Shown: positions 51,703-63,812 of the stretch, piece by piece
Numbering within the stretch: the first letter of the stretch is position 1
Layout of the letters: the number at the start of each line of letters is the position of its first letter
Origin: Octopus bimaculoides
Lineage: Eukaryota
Reading direction: 5' to 3'
DNA: 64,000 bases
Assembly: GCF_001194135.2 (NCBI RefSeq)
Contig: NC_068999.1
Span: 50,154,159 to 50,218,158, forward strand
Notes under the pieces: model-generated
What the model saw: only the letters and a program-made list of their open reading frames with translations
What the model was told of the DNA's origin: nothing
The model's database searches: none
Made by a program: the position numbers and the translations under genes

Positions 51703-51845
51703 GGTTACTGCTTTTAATATGCCAGTTTGTCTTTTCAACTTGTATTTTGTCATATCACCTCCAATATATCATGTGCGCCTTGCTCCTTATTGAAATGACA
51801 AAATACAAGTTTAAAAGACAAACTGGCATATTAAAAGCAGTAACC
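51703..51845. repeat. 51-bp inverted repeat with one mismatch and a 41-nt loop
   Basis: Arms 51703-51753 and 51795-51845 read directly from the sequence. Confidence 0.9.
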
Positions 51846-53571
51846 AAGTTCGTATAAGCATGGAGAAAATGGGTGTCAAATATTAAGAGAGGGGAGCTAT
51901 TTAGTCTCAGAAGCAATTTTATTTTTCTCTGCTGCCCATTGTACAGTCTTGTACATTTACTTTGTGATTCTTTTGTCATTACTTCAACAAGTACAGTAGT
52001 ATCTATACTTCACTGAGGAGGTGTAGTACAACTAAAGCATGTCAGAGGTGTTTCCCATACTTGCTGAAATAATTAAAATAATGTCAGTCATTGATTAATT
52101 TTTACTACATGATTATTTCCAGTTCTTTAATGCTCTTTGCAGCATTAAATATGTTAGCACCAAGTAGCTAATTTACAATTTGAAAAAAAAGATAATGCTG
52201 CTTTAAGAAAGAATTAAAATATTTTAGACAAGGCCTAATTAAAGTATGTGAAGGAACATGGCCTATTGGTTAGGATGTTGCATTCAAAATCCTGGTTTCA
52301 CTCCCCAGACCAAGTGGTGCATTATGTTATTGAGCAAAACACTTCATGTTGCTCTAGTCCATTCAGCTATCAATGAACAGCATTTATATGCCATAGAAAC
52401 TAGATGACGAGCTCTAATAGTCCCAGGACTCGATAGTAGTGTCCCAAGGACTTACTTTACTTTTTATTTACCTAAAGAATAAGTGCCAAGCAAAATCCAA
52501 AATTAAATAATTAGCAGGTGATTGCCAATTTTAGAATCCTTTCTTATATCTAAATTGTTAAAAAGAAAATAGAGTTTGTTATTAACATAGCTGTTAAGGT
52601 ACTTGCCAAATTATCAATGTCTTATATCCTATCACTAGCACAGCCTAGTGTTTCTTCTAAGTATACTAAGGCCTTGATTGAGTTCATTTCACTATAAGTA
52701 GATAACTAATAAAATATACAGTTCACAAGTATGATCAACTGGATATGAGATTATTGTGTATTAGGAAAACACTTTGTTTACTGGTCTTGCTGAACTCAGA
52801 ATTCTGTCATGGGCCTGAAGAAGTTTGTCAGTCGCTAAAACAAAATATTAGAATGGTGGAATGTTAGTGATTGTTATGTTTAGTCTTGTTTCACACTCTA
52901 AACCTTGCCAGAATCCACTTACCATCTAATCATTTACTGAGATTATTTCAATCAACTATGTCATTTCCTGTACAAGTCTTTAATGTTGTATCAATGTAAG
53001 GAGATCGTTGCTAGCATTTAAGTTGTTAGGCCTATCAGAAAGTGAGCTGCCATCATGATGTGATTGGCAGTAATATTTACAGGTTTTTTTGTCATGTAAT
53101 ACTAGTGAATAGGTCTCTGAATATGCTACACCATGTTATTTTTGGTCTTGCTTCTCTGATGCTTACAGTTTGACATTACGATTTGTATTGCAGTCTTTGA
53201 ATGTTATTGATTTGGTAAGATCGAGTTGTATCTATCCAAGTATATGCTATACTTTGTTGTCATAGTTTCAAAGAAAGAAATATATTAAAAAAATAGAAAG
53301 AAAGAAAACATGCACAAGAATAGAATCTGCTACAAACCTTGTACTAACATCTCTATAGTTGTGGTTAGAAGCTTGCTTCCCAACCACATGGTTTCTGGTT
53401 CAGTCCCACTCCATGACACCATGGGCAAGTGTCTTCTACTATAGTCTTGGCCAGCCAAAGCTTTGTCAGTGGATTTGGTAGGCAGAAACTGAAAGATGCC
53501 CATCATATATACATACATATAAAGTCAGTAAATAGTGGGGTTGTGTTAACCGCACGTGGAGAAATAATAGG

Positions 53572-54326
53572 AAAATGAAGAATAAGGCAGAATGCTAAAT
53601 TGGAAGCATGTTTTAATAAAGATTTCAAATTGGAAACATGTTTTGATAAAGGTTTCTAACCGGCTTTCATTGCGAAGCAAATTTTCAAGAAGGAGAATGA
53701 AAATGTTTTTTACAAAGAAGTACAAAATGAAGAAAATAATATATAAAAAAATAACTATACCAATACATTATATTGTCTTTGAGCTTTTGAAGTTCAATGG
53801 TAATCCATGTATATAATGGTTGGAAAAATAAGGACNNNNNNNNNNNNNNNNNNNNNNNNNNNNNNNNNNNNNNNNNNNNNNNNNNNNNNNNNNNNNNNNN
53901 NNNNNNNNNNNNNNNNNNNNNNNNNNNNNNNNNNNNNNNNNNNNNNNNNNNNNNNNNNNNNNNNNNNNNNNNNNNNNNNNNNNNNNNNNNNNNNNNNNNN
54001 NNNNNNNNNNNNNNNNNNNNNNNNNNNNNNNNNNNNNNNNNNNNNNNNNNNNNNNNNNNNNNNNNNNNNNNNNNNNNNNNNNNNNNNNNNNNNNNNNNNN
54101 NNNNNNAATATAATGTATTGGTATAGTTATTTTTTTTATATATTATTTTTTTATATATTATTTTCTTCATTTTGTACTTCTTTGTAAAAAGCATTTTCAT
54201 TCTCCTTCTTGAAAACTTGCTTCGCAATGAAAGCCGGTTAGAAACCTTTATTAAAACATGCTTCCAATTTGAAATCTTTATTAAAACATGCTTCCAGTTT
54301 AGCATTCTGCCTTATTCTTCATTTTC
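53572..54326. repeat. Long inverted repeat (~200-bp arms) around an assembly gap; probable foldback element or MITE
   Basis: 53572-53778 is the reverse complement of 54108-54326 with several substitutions and an indel. Confidence 0.8.
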
Positions 54327-54327
54327 T

Positions 54328-54369
<42 letters not shown>

Positions 54370-56331
54370 TATATGTCAGTGTCTCCCACCCACCGCTTGA
54401 CAACCGGTGTTGGTGTGTTTACATCACTATAACTTAATTTGGCAAAAGAGACCAATAAAATAAGGTACCAGGTTTTAAAAAATAAGTTATGGTGTCGATT
54501 CATTTGATAAAAAAATTCTTCATGGGGGTGTCCCAGCATGGCCACGGTCTAATGACTGAAATAAGTAAAAGATAAAAGTTATTCACTGCATAAACAAAAA
54601 ACATGTTGGAAGAATTTGCAAGAGATATAATAGACATTCTGATCACGAATAACATTTTGTTTTTCTTTACTTAAAGTTTGATGTGTCTGCATGAAGTCAG
54701 ACATTTCCATAACCACTGAAATTAGGGTGGTGGGGACCATGTTTGTCACTGTTTGAATAACTGGCTAGATTTAAGCAGAAATCTAATTTTTCATCTTGCT
54801 GTGAAAAGAACAGCTTGGGACATCTTTAGAACAGCTAGTGATATATTTGGAATTCAAAAATAAAATTTGTTTTAAAAAATATGCTGCCTGAAAAAACACC
54901 ATTTTGAGCATGGCCACTGCCAGTATTGTGAGAGGGGTGTATGAAAGGAGCACTCAATATTCTAGCACCCACTACACTCTCGGAGTGGTTGGCGTTAGGA
55001 AGGGCATCCAGCTGTAGAAACTCTACCAAATCAGATTGGAGCCTGGTGTAGCCATCTGGTTTCANNNNNNNNNNTCTACCAAATCAGATTGGAGCCTGGT
55101 GTAGCCATCTGGTTTCACCAGTCCTCAGTCAAATCGTCCAAACCATGCTAGCATGGAAAGCGGACTTTAAACGACGACGACGATAATGATGACGGATAGA
55201 TGAAAGAAACTGATGTGACCTAAGGGATAGTTTAATGACAGAGGTTCAGGATGTGTGGGAGAAAAGGAATGAGTAATGCTGGCGGAGAGAATAACAGAAA
55301 GTGATGAAAGGCAGTACAGGGGTGGAGATGAAGGTAGAATGAACTGGATACGTGATCCTATGTAGTCACTCGCGCATAATCTATGAGATGATCCAGAAGG
55401 ATTGAGTGATGGGGATGGTGGAATGGCAAATGGTAAGTAAGTGGGTCCTATACTTGTGAGCAACACAAGGAGTAATAGAGAGTGTCAGAATTGTTGCTGT
55501 GGCATTTTTTTATTTTGTTACAGTGACTGGAAGCATAATACAGTGAGAATTGAGAAGTGACTTAGAGACCAGCAATAGGGCATGAGTAAACGAATGCAAT
55601 GGATGACAAGCAGTAGACGAGAAATAAAAAAAACATGAGCGAGAGAGAGAACAATGTGTGGCAAAGAGAAAAGAGATGCACTGCAGTGCAGTTCATAAGA
55701 GGAGGGAGTGATGAAGAGATGAGTAATGGGAAGCAGGAGAGATAGAGTGTAATATGAAGGGTAAGCATTAGGAATACTAGTTGGGTATGAGGCTGTAAAG
55801 GGGTCAATGATGTAGACTAGGCCATAGGCAGACATGCATGGATACTTATATACAAACATGCATATATGTGTATATATATATGTATGTCAATTTAATACAC
55901 AACCAAAAGAACTACTATGTGAAGAAGGTTGATTCGAAAAAATGGAATGAAAAAGACGAAACGAAACCAAGAAAATTAAGATCTCTGTTTTCCCTGATTG
56001 TGGAAGCCACAATTAATACAGCAAGTATAGAAAAAAAAATAGCAGGAAATATGCCAAAGTTTGTGAGGCAGCAGCAACTCAAACCTTCTCATTTTTTCCA
56101 TGTTTTTTCTTATTTTCTTACTGTCCAGCATCCTTTATTTTTAAAATATATCTAACGCATAAACAGAGCCTGAAAGATTGCCGTATTTTATAAACATGCC
56201 TCGTTAAATTATCGTAAAAGCATGAAAGTATTAGTAGCTCTTTTGGTTGTGCATTAAATTGATATTTCTCACTGGATGGAGTACTTCTTTTGTTGATTTT
56301 ACCTATATTGGATCTATAAGTTCTCCCCCAC

Positions 56332-56364
<33 letters not shown>

Positions 56365-56419
56365 GCTATATGTTTATATACATACATTGCATGATTTTAT
56401 CATCAATTGTGCCACACCC

Positions 56420-56900
56420 AGGCAGGCAAGTGAGTCTTCATACAGGTTACTGCCAGTCAGCACAGTCCTTTGTCATCTCCTCCATGAGGTATAACAAATT
56501 TAGGTCTCTCTTCACCATGTCATCTGATTCCTCTTCCATTTAGTTTTTCTCTCAGTTCATTTGTGCTCTGTCATTTGTACACATTTAGTACTAGATGTCC
56601 AGCAGAGCATGCTTGCTTTATTTGTGGTCTAACCTTTCGCAGCACCTCTGCATTCAAGGCCTACATTTCACTACCTTAGCATTGCACTTCACATGAAGCA
56701 ACATACAATCAGCTCTTCATTCTGACGGAGAGAAACCCCCAAAATATTTCCAACCTGTTCTTACTCTGGCTACTATGTTCTGAGCATATGTCCCCTTATT
56801 ACTGCAGTTACAAGGGAACTGCCAGGACATTAGATGGAGGCTATTTTTTATGTATTTCTAGTATGTATTACTCCTGTCACTTCTGCATTTATTGTATACT
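56420..56900 (-). mobile_element. RTE LINE 3' ORF fragment
   Basis: Decayed ...ASMLCW... and ...VKRDLNLLYLMEEMTKD.. motifs typical of the RTE ORF2 end. Confidence 0.6.
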
Positions 56901-57636
56901 CTCCACTACTGTCATCTTGATAGGCATACACCCAGCGGAGAGCTTACCATGAGTTATCTTTGATCCTTTGAATCCTTATTCCTGCTCTATGTGTATTTGT
57001 GTGTATATACTATTGGATTCCGTACAGTTTCCATTTATTAAATTCCCCTCAAATCATTGGTCAATTCTAGCTACTGTAGAAGTATCTAAGGTGATGTACA
57101 GAGGAATCCCCCACAGCCAGACATGTTTTTGCAGAATGTTGGAAATGACTGATACTGCTTGTATGATAGTAACACTCATTTACAACTGCCATGCGATATC
57201 ATCTGTCAAATCCACTCAGTGCTTTGGTCAGACCAAGGCTTTATGCAGGAGTGTGATACACAAAATGTCACACAGTGGGACTGAACCCAAAGCCACATAA
57301 CTGGGGAGCTGACTGCTTAATTACACACACACACTGTTCTTTGACTAGTCTCAGTCATTTGACTGGTTGTACTAGGGTACCTCCTTCTTGAACAAAGTCA
57401 ATTACATTGACCCTTGTTACTTGATATTACTGAGTTCAATGAGGATGAAAGGTGAAAGGCAAAATGAATCTGGGTAGCATCTTGATCTGAGGACCCAAAG
57501 AGATAAGCAAATATTCCAAGGTATTTCATCTGATACTCTATCAATTCAGTATCCACCTGACATATATTATATACTATTAATTTCTGGTTTTCTTCTTTTA
57601 CAGAGTAAAAACAAACAACAAAATTTGGTTTTCAAA

Positions 57637-58344
57637 ATGGAAGATCATGATGTGGTGTGCCACAAGTGTGGGATACGGATACATCCACCGGCACTTATTA
57701 TAACTTATTCTTATTCTTCAAGTGAGAAAATCAGACGAAGAACTATGCCTCTGCGCTTTTTCAATGCTAATTCCAAAATAGAGACCATCTCCGAAGAACT
57801 ATTGAACAACCCACGCCATCAAAAGTTTGTCAAGAAACTTCCCCGCACACAGCTTGAAAACTTACTCAACATGCTAAAAGAATGCTTGAACGGTTCCACA
57901 ATCAAAGAGTGTCTTCAAAGAAAGCAATTGGAAAAGAGTTTATTAATTAATCCCAACGAAGACTTAAACAAGCTTGGGGATGAAGAGCTGAATGCAAGGA
58001 AAGCCATCATGAACAAACTGTTTGAGAAGAACGCAACGAAGCCAACCGACGAAGATTTCATTTACGATATTCAGATCGAATATAGCAACTCAGATGCCGA
58101 GCCTTGTAGCTGGGACTGTATATATGATGCCGATGCTGTATCTGTTATTGTAGGAACTAATAAAGATATTGGAAGTGATGATGAATTTGGTGGTAGTGGG
58201 GGGAGTGATGGTGACATTAAAAGGCATGACAGTGATGATGTTGTCAACTATGACACTGGTGATGATGATTATGATCTCGACGATGAAGATGATATCGATG
58301 ATAAGGATGAGGATTCTGCTGCCAATGCTGATGATGAAACTTAA
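57637..58344 (+). CDS. CEP19: Centrosomal protein of 19 kDa, 235 aa, with an acidic C-terminal extension
   Basis: KCGIRIHPPALIITY...KIRRRTMPLR...NNPRH...EDLNKLGDEELNARKAIMNKLFEKN...FIYDIQIEY...CSWD matches the CEP19 family. An acceptor ttcttcttttacag ends at 57603, 33 nt before the ATG. Confidence 0.95.
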   Translation: MEDHDVVCHKCGIRIHPPALIITYSYSSSEKIRRRTMPLRFFNANSKIETISEELLNNPRHQKFVKKLPRTQLENLLNMLKECLNGSTIKECLQRKQLEKSLLINPNEDLNKLGDEELNARKAIMNKLFEKNATKPTDEDFIYDIQIEYSNSDAEPCSWDCIYDADAVSVIVGTNKDIGSDDEFGGSGGSDGDIKRHDSDDVVNYDTGDDDYDLDDEDDIDDKDEDSAANADDET

Positions 58345-58592
58345 GCTGTATGTTATTGCAAGCAAGTCAATAGGCATGGGTTTTTTTTTTCATTTTATCT
58401 CGTCTTTTATGTATACTATTGTAGATGAAAAAAAACACATCAATTATTTACAAGGAAAAGAAAAAAATACAACTTATTTATTTCAAAGTATGTCTTGATG
58501 TTGTTATATATTGAATTTTTTCTTTTTTTTTCCATTTTTTTTTTACTTTTTAAAAAAATGTTTTATTTTAAACTCTTGTGTGGATGATGCCA

Positions 58593-58850
58593 GTGCTGCC
58601 TGACTGGCACGTGTGCCGGTGGCACTTAAAAAATCAACCACTTGAGCATGGTCAATACCAGTGCCACCTGACTGGCACCCATGCCAGTGGCATGTAAAAA
58701 GCTCTATTCAAGCATGGCTGATGTCAGTGCCACCTGACTGGCTCCCGTGCCAGTGGCATGTAAAAAGCTCTATTCAAGCATGGCTGATGTCAGTGCCACC
58801 TGACTGGCTCCCGAGTCAGTGGCACATAAAAGGTATCCAGCTGTAGAAAC
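58593..58850 (+). repeat. Four tandem ~66-bp units at the 5' side of a family C element
   Basis: Unit starts (G of GTGCYRCC) at 58593, 58661, 58727 and 58793. Confidence 0.9.
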
Positions 58851-59829
58851 CTTGCCAAATCAGATTGGAGTCTGGTGCCAATCCTCAGTCAAACCATCCA
58901 ACCCATGCCAGCATGGAAAGCAGATGCTAAACAATGATGATGATGATGATTGTCACTGTATTTCTCTTGAAGTAAACTGCCATTGTTTCAATTAATCTTG
59001 AAAATAATGAAGACTTTAGTAAAACAACATCGACATTATTAACCCTTTAGTGTTTAAACCGGCTATATCCGGCCCAAATATTCTACTCATTTTATGCTCA
59101 AACTGGCCAGAACCAGTATCTCACATCTACTCTGCAATGTCATTCTAAAAATAAACAATTACATCTCTCAAATCTTGAAGTTACAAGATAATACCAGATT
59201 AATTTTTTAAAGTGTACATGAATAAGGATTACTTTTGACATTAATTTGAACACTAAAGGGTTAAGCTGGTGTTTGCAACATTAATCTGAAATTTTAATGG
59301 ACAGTTTCAATTTATATTACATTAGCATTTAAACCAGCCATTTCTGTCCAAAATACTCTGTTTTATGTTCAAACTGGCCAGATCTGATCTTTCACCCCAG
59401 CCCTACAATATCATTCTAAACTTAACAGTTACTTCTTCAAAATGTCAATGCTGTTAGCAGGTGACTGCCATCAAACCCTACCAGTGATCTGTAAAGGAAT
59501 AAAAACCATCTTTGCCTTAACCTTTTAGCATTTAAACTGGCTATATCCAGCCAAAATATTCTTCCTGCTTTGTATTCAAACTAGCCAGATCCAACCTCTC
59601 ACACCTACCCTACAATGTTGGTCTAAAAGACATATAGTCACCAAGGTTACAAGATAATGCAGGATAAATTCAAATCAATGTGAATAAGCATTACTTTTGA
59701 CAATAATCTGAATGCTAAAGGGTTAGATCATCATCAGACTGGACCAGAATTAACCCTTTAGCACTCAGATTAATCTATCAACTGGAATGCTCATTTGACC
59801 ACATTGCTTCAAATGATTTTGACGATGTG

Positions 59830-61190
59830 ATTGTGGGCAGCTGGATTTGGGAGGAGAAGGGAGAGTCTTAAAGATGACCTAATTAGGGACACCCTAATTG
59901 TGAGAGCAGGAAGATCTATAGACATGTAATATAGAGGACAAATGGAAGTTTCTACAGGACAACTTGCTGAGTGCCACAGGCCAAATCTGTGGGTGGTGCA
60001 AAGTCCCAACCAAACCAGGAATGATGTGGTGGTGGAACGGTGCTGTAGACAAGGCCACTAGAGTGAAAGACAAACCTGGATGAATGGTGGTAATAGACAA
60101 GCAATGTCTAGAATCAAAGGGTTTTCGGCATAATTTAGCAATGACCAAAATCGTAGTAAGAAAACAGACAAATCACAGATCTCTTCAGGGAGATGGCCCT
60201 GTGTAGAAAAGGTGTCAGTAGAAACTCCATTCAATGTATCCTGTGCAAGCTATAGGCACATAAGAGATATGGCAGTATCACTGGAAGATTAATAGAGAAA
60301 ATAGACTTTACAAGTGGCAGATACATTAAACACTAGGAATGCACAGAAAATAGACTCCCTATGTCCAGGGAGAAGTCCTTAGAAGTAGTAGACAGTTTTC
60401 ATTACATAAGAGACTGAGTTAGCAATGGTAGAGGTTGTTCCAAAAGTATAGCTGTTAGAATAAGAATGGGCTGGGCAAAGTTCAGAGAGTTACTAACTGT
60501 TAGTAAGAAAGGGACTCTCCCTGAGTGAAAGGCAGATTGCATGGTGTCTGTGTATGAATAGTTATGCTACATGGTAGTGAGACATGAGCTGTGACAATAA
60601 GATGTGAAGGCATGAAAGAAATGAAGCCAGCATGCTCCACTGGATGTATATACTATAGAATGTGATTTGAAAGAAAAACTGGGTATATGAGGCATTAGAT
60701 GTGGTATGTAAGGGAGAAAACTGCACTGGTATGGTCACGTGATGAATATGGATGAGGACGGGGAGCATCAAGAAGTGCTGATCTCTAATTGTGGAGGGAA
60801 TGTGATGAAGGGGTACACCCAGGAAAACGTGGGACAAATAATCTTGAAATGTTGGGCCTCACAGAAGGGATGACAGGGGACCAAGACTTCCGACGGTTTG
60901 CTGTGCTTGAGAAGACATTAAGCAAACTAAAATTGTGGTTGTACTCACATGCATGTATGTCCCCAGTATTACATGTCAGCTGATCAATGTTAGTGCCATG
61001 TAAAAAAACATGTACCAGTGCTGAGTAAAAAACACCCAGTACACTGGTTGGTATTAGGAGGGCATCAAACTGTAGAAACCCTGGAAAATCATACCAATGG
61101 CATCCAGGCAGCTCCTATGAAACTGTTAAACCCATGTCAGTATAGAAAACAGACATTAAATAATGATGATGATGATGATACCACACACAT
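59830..61190 (+). mobile_element. Decayed RTE LINE (ORF2 pieces with deletions, 3' UTR, (GAT)n tail)
   Basis: IRMGWAKFRELL, MLHGSET*, HWYGHVM motifs, followed by sequence related to the (GAT)n-tailed repeat family. Confidence 0.85.
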
Positions 61191-62319
61191 ATGATGGGCT
61201 GCCACACAGTTTCCAGCAACCAAATTTAACCACAAGGCTCAGTTCAGGGCCGCAGCAGAAGATATTTACCCAAGATGCCATGCAGTTGGGACTGACCCTG
61301 AAACCACGTGGTTGCAAGCTTCATAACCACACAGCCATGCCTGCAACAGGAAAACACACACAAAAAAAAAAGAAAAATCTAAGAGTGACCCCCCCCCCAA
61401 AAAAAAAATCCTGTTGTCCGAAGAGGACATCAGTCTTAGCCTCTGACCCACAACTTCAAAGAATGAGAGAAAAAAATAAAAAAATAAAAAAACAAAACAA
61501 AAAACATCATAGAAAATACTTTTTTTTTTATTTAAGGCAAATCCAAAGCAAAGTTTATCAAGATTTAATGTTCCTCGAATGTAGATTTTTTTAGTATTGT
61601 GTTGTTCTCTTTGTTCAGCATGAAAGTTGTAAGTGAGGCTTGAGAAGACTGTCATATATTACATGTAATATATATACATATATATAAATTTAAAGGGTAA
61701 AGGTTTATCAATTTATTAATTTATTAATAAATCAACAATTAATAATTTTTACCAAGCCCTTCGGTATGTAAACACCATTATCAGTGGAAAACTTATTTAA
61801 AAGTTCTTATACATTTATAAACATAATTAAGGGATCAGCAAACATTTGCTTCACCACATACCGAAGTTCAGAAATAGCAGCTAAAAAAGCTGAGACTCCA
61901 ACATATAGCATTACTTGTAACTCACAAAGGCAAAAACAAGAAGTGGTGAAGCAAATGCTTGCTGATCCCTTAATTATGTGTATACATACATATATATATC
62001 TGTACTATGATGGTTGTCTAATCATTAGTCGGGTATGACTCCCTTCAACAACAAAACTGACAGAATAATAAAATAGTGGAATGGTTGTATGGAGATCACT
62101 GTGGAACATAGCCTCAGTTACTTTTAAAATATTATTATATACACTGGAATGTTTAACTGCTTTTCCATTTTTACAATATATACCAGTCCCCAGTCAAATC
62201 GTCCAGCCCATGCTAGCATGGAAAGCGGACGTCAAATGATGATGATGAATTCCAGGCAGTGCTTTGAATACATAATATCAACAAAAAAGTAGTTTGGGAA
62301 TGAGAAGCCAGGGTTGAGT

Positions 62320-63812
62320 TTAAGAGTGAAATTCAGGATTTCTCGGTTTTCTGAGAAGCAATTTTGATAAAACTTTTCCCAGTTGGTTTGCACACTATGG
62401 CAACACCATTGTTATGTTTTCATTATTCTATGTAATATCCTTTCTCTATTATTTCAGATTCTTCAGTTTTGGGGTGAACCACACTATTAGCATCTCTCCC
62501 CCTCAAAGAACAATGGGATGTAGAAGAGGCCTTCACGATGAAGAAAAGTCTGTAATCATCAAGGAAAGTGCTGAAGGTGCTTCTCATCATGAAAGGTGAA
62601 AGGTTGATGATGTATTTGCCAGCATCCATGGATCTCAACCCTATCGAAAATCTTTGGTCCATCATTAAACAAGATGTTTATACTGATGGATGCCAATTTA
62701 CATAGAAAGATGTCTTATGGGCGACCATGGAAGCTGCAGCAGAGGCAGTCCAACCTGCTACTATTAAGAAATTGACAGATTCTATGACTAAAGGGATTTT
62801 GAAGTTATCTGTTGAAATGGCACGCATGTGGCCAAATAATTCATTATGTCAATAAATGTTATAATATTATTATGGTTTTCTGTTAAATATATACTCAATG
62901 TATGCTTAATATGTACCATTCAAGGGTGGCTCATAGATAAAATTAGTGGGGGTGCTGCTTCAGAAAATGTTTAGCTGTTGTTTAATATTGTGTAAAAAGA
63001 AACAAACATATAAAAAGAATATGTATACATAAACAGGGTTGGTTTGCGTTTTAGCCACTGCCAGGCAGCGTGTTTAATTTGTTCACTGAAAACCACCATG
63101 AATTCCACCGTTTTCCAAAAGTCCCCCCCCCTCTAAATCACAAAATAAGGAAGGAAAATCTGCCCTATTTTTCAAATCCTGGCAGTAACACTAAAGCTGG
63201 AAGCAGGATAATCATCTAATTATCACATTCAAGAATATAAACATGTTTTTAAGTACAAAACATGCTGAGTCATCATCAGCACTGCGTGAACGACAGTGCT
63301 TTCTCTCTCTAGCATGAAGCTTCCTATCTCAGACATGTGAGCATGCACACAACAGCCAAACACTGTGTCGCTGGAACTGTAAAGTGCATAGTTCTATACA
63401 AGGATTTTTATATTTTTTTCATAAACTAAGGGATGGCTACTGACATTAAGCTTAAGGATTATATAATGTACAAGTATAAAGAAAGAATTCAAGAAAAAAA
63501 GACTCATTATATTGAACGTTATCGATAATATCGAGTGGAAATTAGTGGGTGCTGCAGTGCCTATACATGAGCTGCCACTGGTACCATTACCCTTCATTAT
63601 CTGAAGGAAAAAAAAAAAGTCTAGATGGGCTATTTTCATTCGAAAGCTACTAGCATGGTTTACCCCAAAACTGAAGAATCTGAAATAAAAAAAGAAGGTT
63701 ACATAGAATAATGAAAACATAATGATTTTGCCATAGTGTGCAGACTAGCTGGGAAAAAGTTTCATCAAAATCGATTCACAGAAAACAAAGAAATCCTAAA
63801 TTTCACTCCTAA
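62320..63812. mobile_element. Tc1-like relic bounded by ~170-bp inverted arms
   Basis: Arms 62320-62492 and 63646-63812 are reverse complements; internal ..DLNPIENLWSIIKQDVY.. is a Tc1 transposase C-terminal motif. Confidence 0.7.

Noticed and set aside
55022-55120. Exact direct duplication around a 10-N gap
   Set aside because: Most likely an unmerged contig overlap.
58593-58850. Regularly spaced repeats resembling a CRISPR array
   Set aside because: The units are contiguous tandem copies without unique spacers, inside a eukaryotic retroposon, and no cas genes are present.
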